From Rhodoferax sp. (lineage in GTDB: Bacteria; Pseudomonadota; Gammaproteobacteria; Burkholderiales; Burkholderiaceae_C), in the NCBI GenBank assembly GCA_031392805.1, contig JANMVO010000528.1, positions 1 through 37,120 of the forward strand: a DNA stretch of 37,120 bases, read 5' to 3'. Numbering within the stretch: position 1 is the first letter of the stretch; every line of letters begins with the position of its first letter. Below are positions 36,321 through 37,120 of the stretch, piece by piece. The notes beneath the pieces are model-generated. The model saw only the letters and a program-made list of their open reading frames with translations. It was not told the DNA's origin and searched no databases. A program made the position numbers and the translations under genes.

Positions 36321-37120
36321 ATATCAAACAGCAATCGCGCCGGGTCTTCCAGCGCTTCCTTCATGGCCACCAGGCCCAGCACGGCTTCGCGGCCATCGAT
36401 GATGCGGTGGTCGTAGCTCATGGCGAAATAGTTCATCGGGCGCACCACAACGACGCCGTTTTCCACCACGGCGCGGTCTTTGGTGGCATGCACGCCGAGA
36501 ATGGCCGATTGCGGCGGGTTGATGATGGGTGTGGACAGCATCGAGCCAAAGGTGCCGCCATTGCTGATGGAGAAAGTGCCGCCAGTCATCTCTTCAATGC
36601 CAAGCTTGCCATCGCGCGCCTTGGTGCCGTACTCGGCAATTTTCTTTTCGATGTCGGCAAAGCTCATCTGGTCGGCATTTCGCAAAATCGGCACCACCAA
36701 GCCGCGCGGTGAACCCACGGCAATGCCAATGTCAAAGTAGCCGTGGTAGACGATATCGGTGCCGTCGACCGATGCGTTGATCACCGGGTATTTTTTGAGC
36801 GCGTGCACAGCCGCCTTGACGAAGAAGCTCATGAAACCGATCTTGACGCCATGTTCCTTTTCAAACTTCTCCTGGAAGCGCTTGCGCATCTCCATCACCG
36901 GCGCCATGTTGACCTCGTTGAAGGTGGTCAAAATGGCGTTGGTCGATTGGCTTTGCAGCAGGCGTTCGGCGATGCGGGCGCGCAAGCGGCTCATGGGCAC
37001 GCGCTGCTCGGGGCGTTCGCCTAAAGAGACTGTTTTGACAGCAACTTGAGGCAAGGACGTCGTTTTTGCTGCCATTTGAGGCAAAAAAACGGCTGTAGCC
37101 CTTGTTGGCATTTCGTTAGT
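36317..37120 (-). CDS. sucB: dihydrolipoyllysine-residue succinyltransferase (E2o), linker plus catalytic domain; 5' end outside the window
   Basis: Catalytic domain with [15 protein letters not shown] and [13 protein letters not shown]. The frame stays open to the window edge, so the lipoyl domain is expected upstream. Confidence 0.93.
   Translation of the reverse strand, partial: TNEMPTRATAVFLPQMAAKTTSLPQVAVKTVSLGERPEQRVPMSRLRARIAERLLQSQSTNAILTTFNEVNMAPVMEMRKRFQEKFEKEHGVKIGFMSFFVKAAVHALKKYPVINASVDGTDIVYHGYFDIGIAVGSPRGLVVPILRNADQMSFADIEKKIAEYGTKARDGKLGIEEMTGGTFSISNGGTFGSMLSTPIINPPQSAILGVHATKDRAVVENGVVVVRPMNYFAMSYDHRIIDGREAVLGLVAMKEALEDPARLLFDI
37081..37120 (-). repeat. short dispersed repeat, inverted copy S3 (truncated by window end), inside the sucB linker-coding region
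   Basis: The reverse complement ACTAACGAAATGCCAACAAGGGCTACAGCCGTTTTTTTGCC matches the S1/S2/S4 core (CAAG-GGGCTACAG-TTTTT). Confidence 0.45.

Overview
This window looks like a GC-rich betaproteobacterial chromosome segment. The gene order is typical of Burkholderiales/Comamonadaceae, which I infer from synteny and protein motifs only because no database search was possible. About 40 protein genes are present, almost all on the minus strand. I saw no rRNA, tRNA, CRISPR array, transposase, integrase or phage genes.

The core is an ordinary conserved housekeeping block: ndk-rlmN-pilW-rodZ-ispG-hisS-yfgM-bamB-der-hfq-hflX-hflK-hflC-DUF2065-hisZ-purA-PRT. It is followed by metC, a small charged protein, selU-tesA/ybbA, and a TetR/membrane-methyltransferase pair. 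At the left edge is an alpha/beta-hydrolase-glycosyltransferase fusion. To the right lie rluB-scpB-rluD/bamD, a DinG/YoaA-type helicase, DUF465 and an orphan PP2C phosphatase. Last comes the tail of the 2-oxoglutarate dehydrogenase operon (sucB-lpdA-zapE plus a secreted coiled-coil protein).

Observations that are not ordinary:
1. A DUF4258/DUF2283 toxin-antitoxin-like two-gene cassette is wedged, with overlapping stop/start codons, between sucB and lpdA.
2. Two diverged copies of a ~165-nt rod-like structured repeat (24989-25152 and 31506-31667) show compensatory and strand-specific G-U substitutions, which point to a minus-strand RNA.
3. A second, shorter dispersed repeat (core GGGCTACAGG) occurs four times. 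Two of those copies lie inside reading frames (the rluB N-terminal extension and the sucB linker).
4. A ~100-nt near-perfect long hairpin element lies between metC and the small protein gene.
5. An in-frame TAG interrupts the glycosyltransferase half of the fusion gene.
6. Several in-frame short tandem duplications occur in hisS, the helicase and sucB.

Start codons are assigned by eye (SD spacing, homologue N-termini) and several are uncertain.
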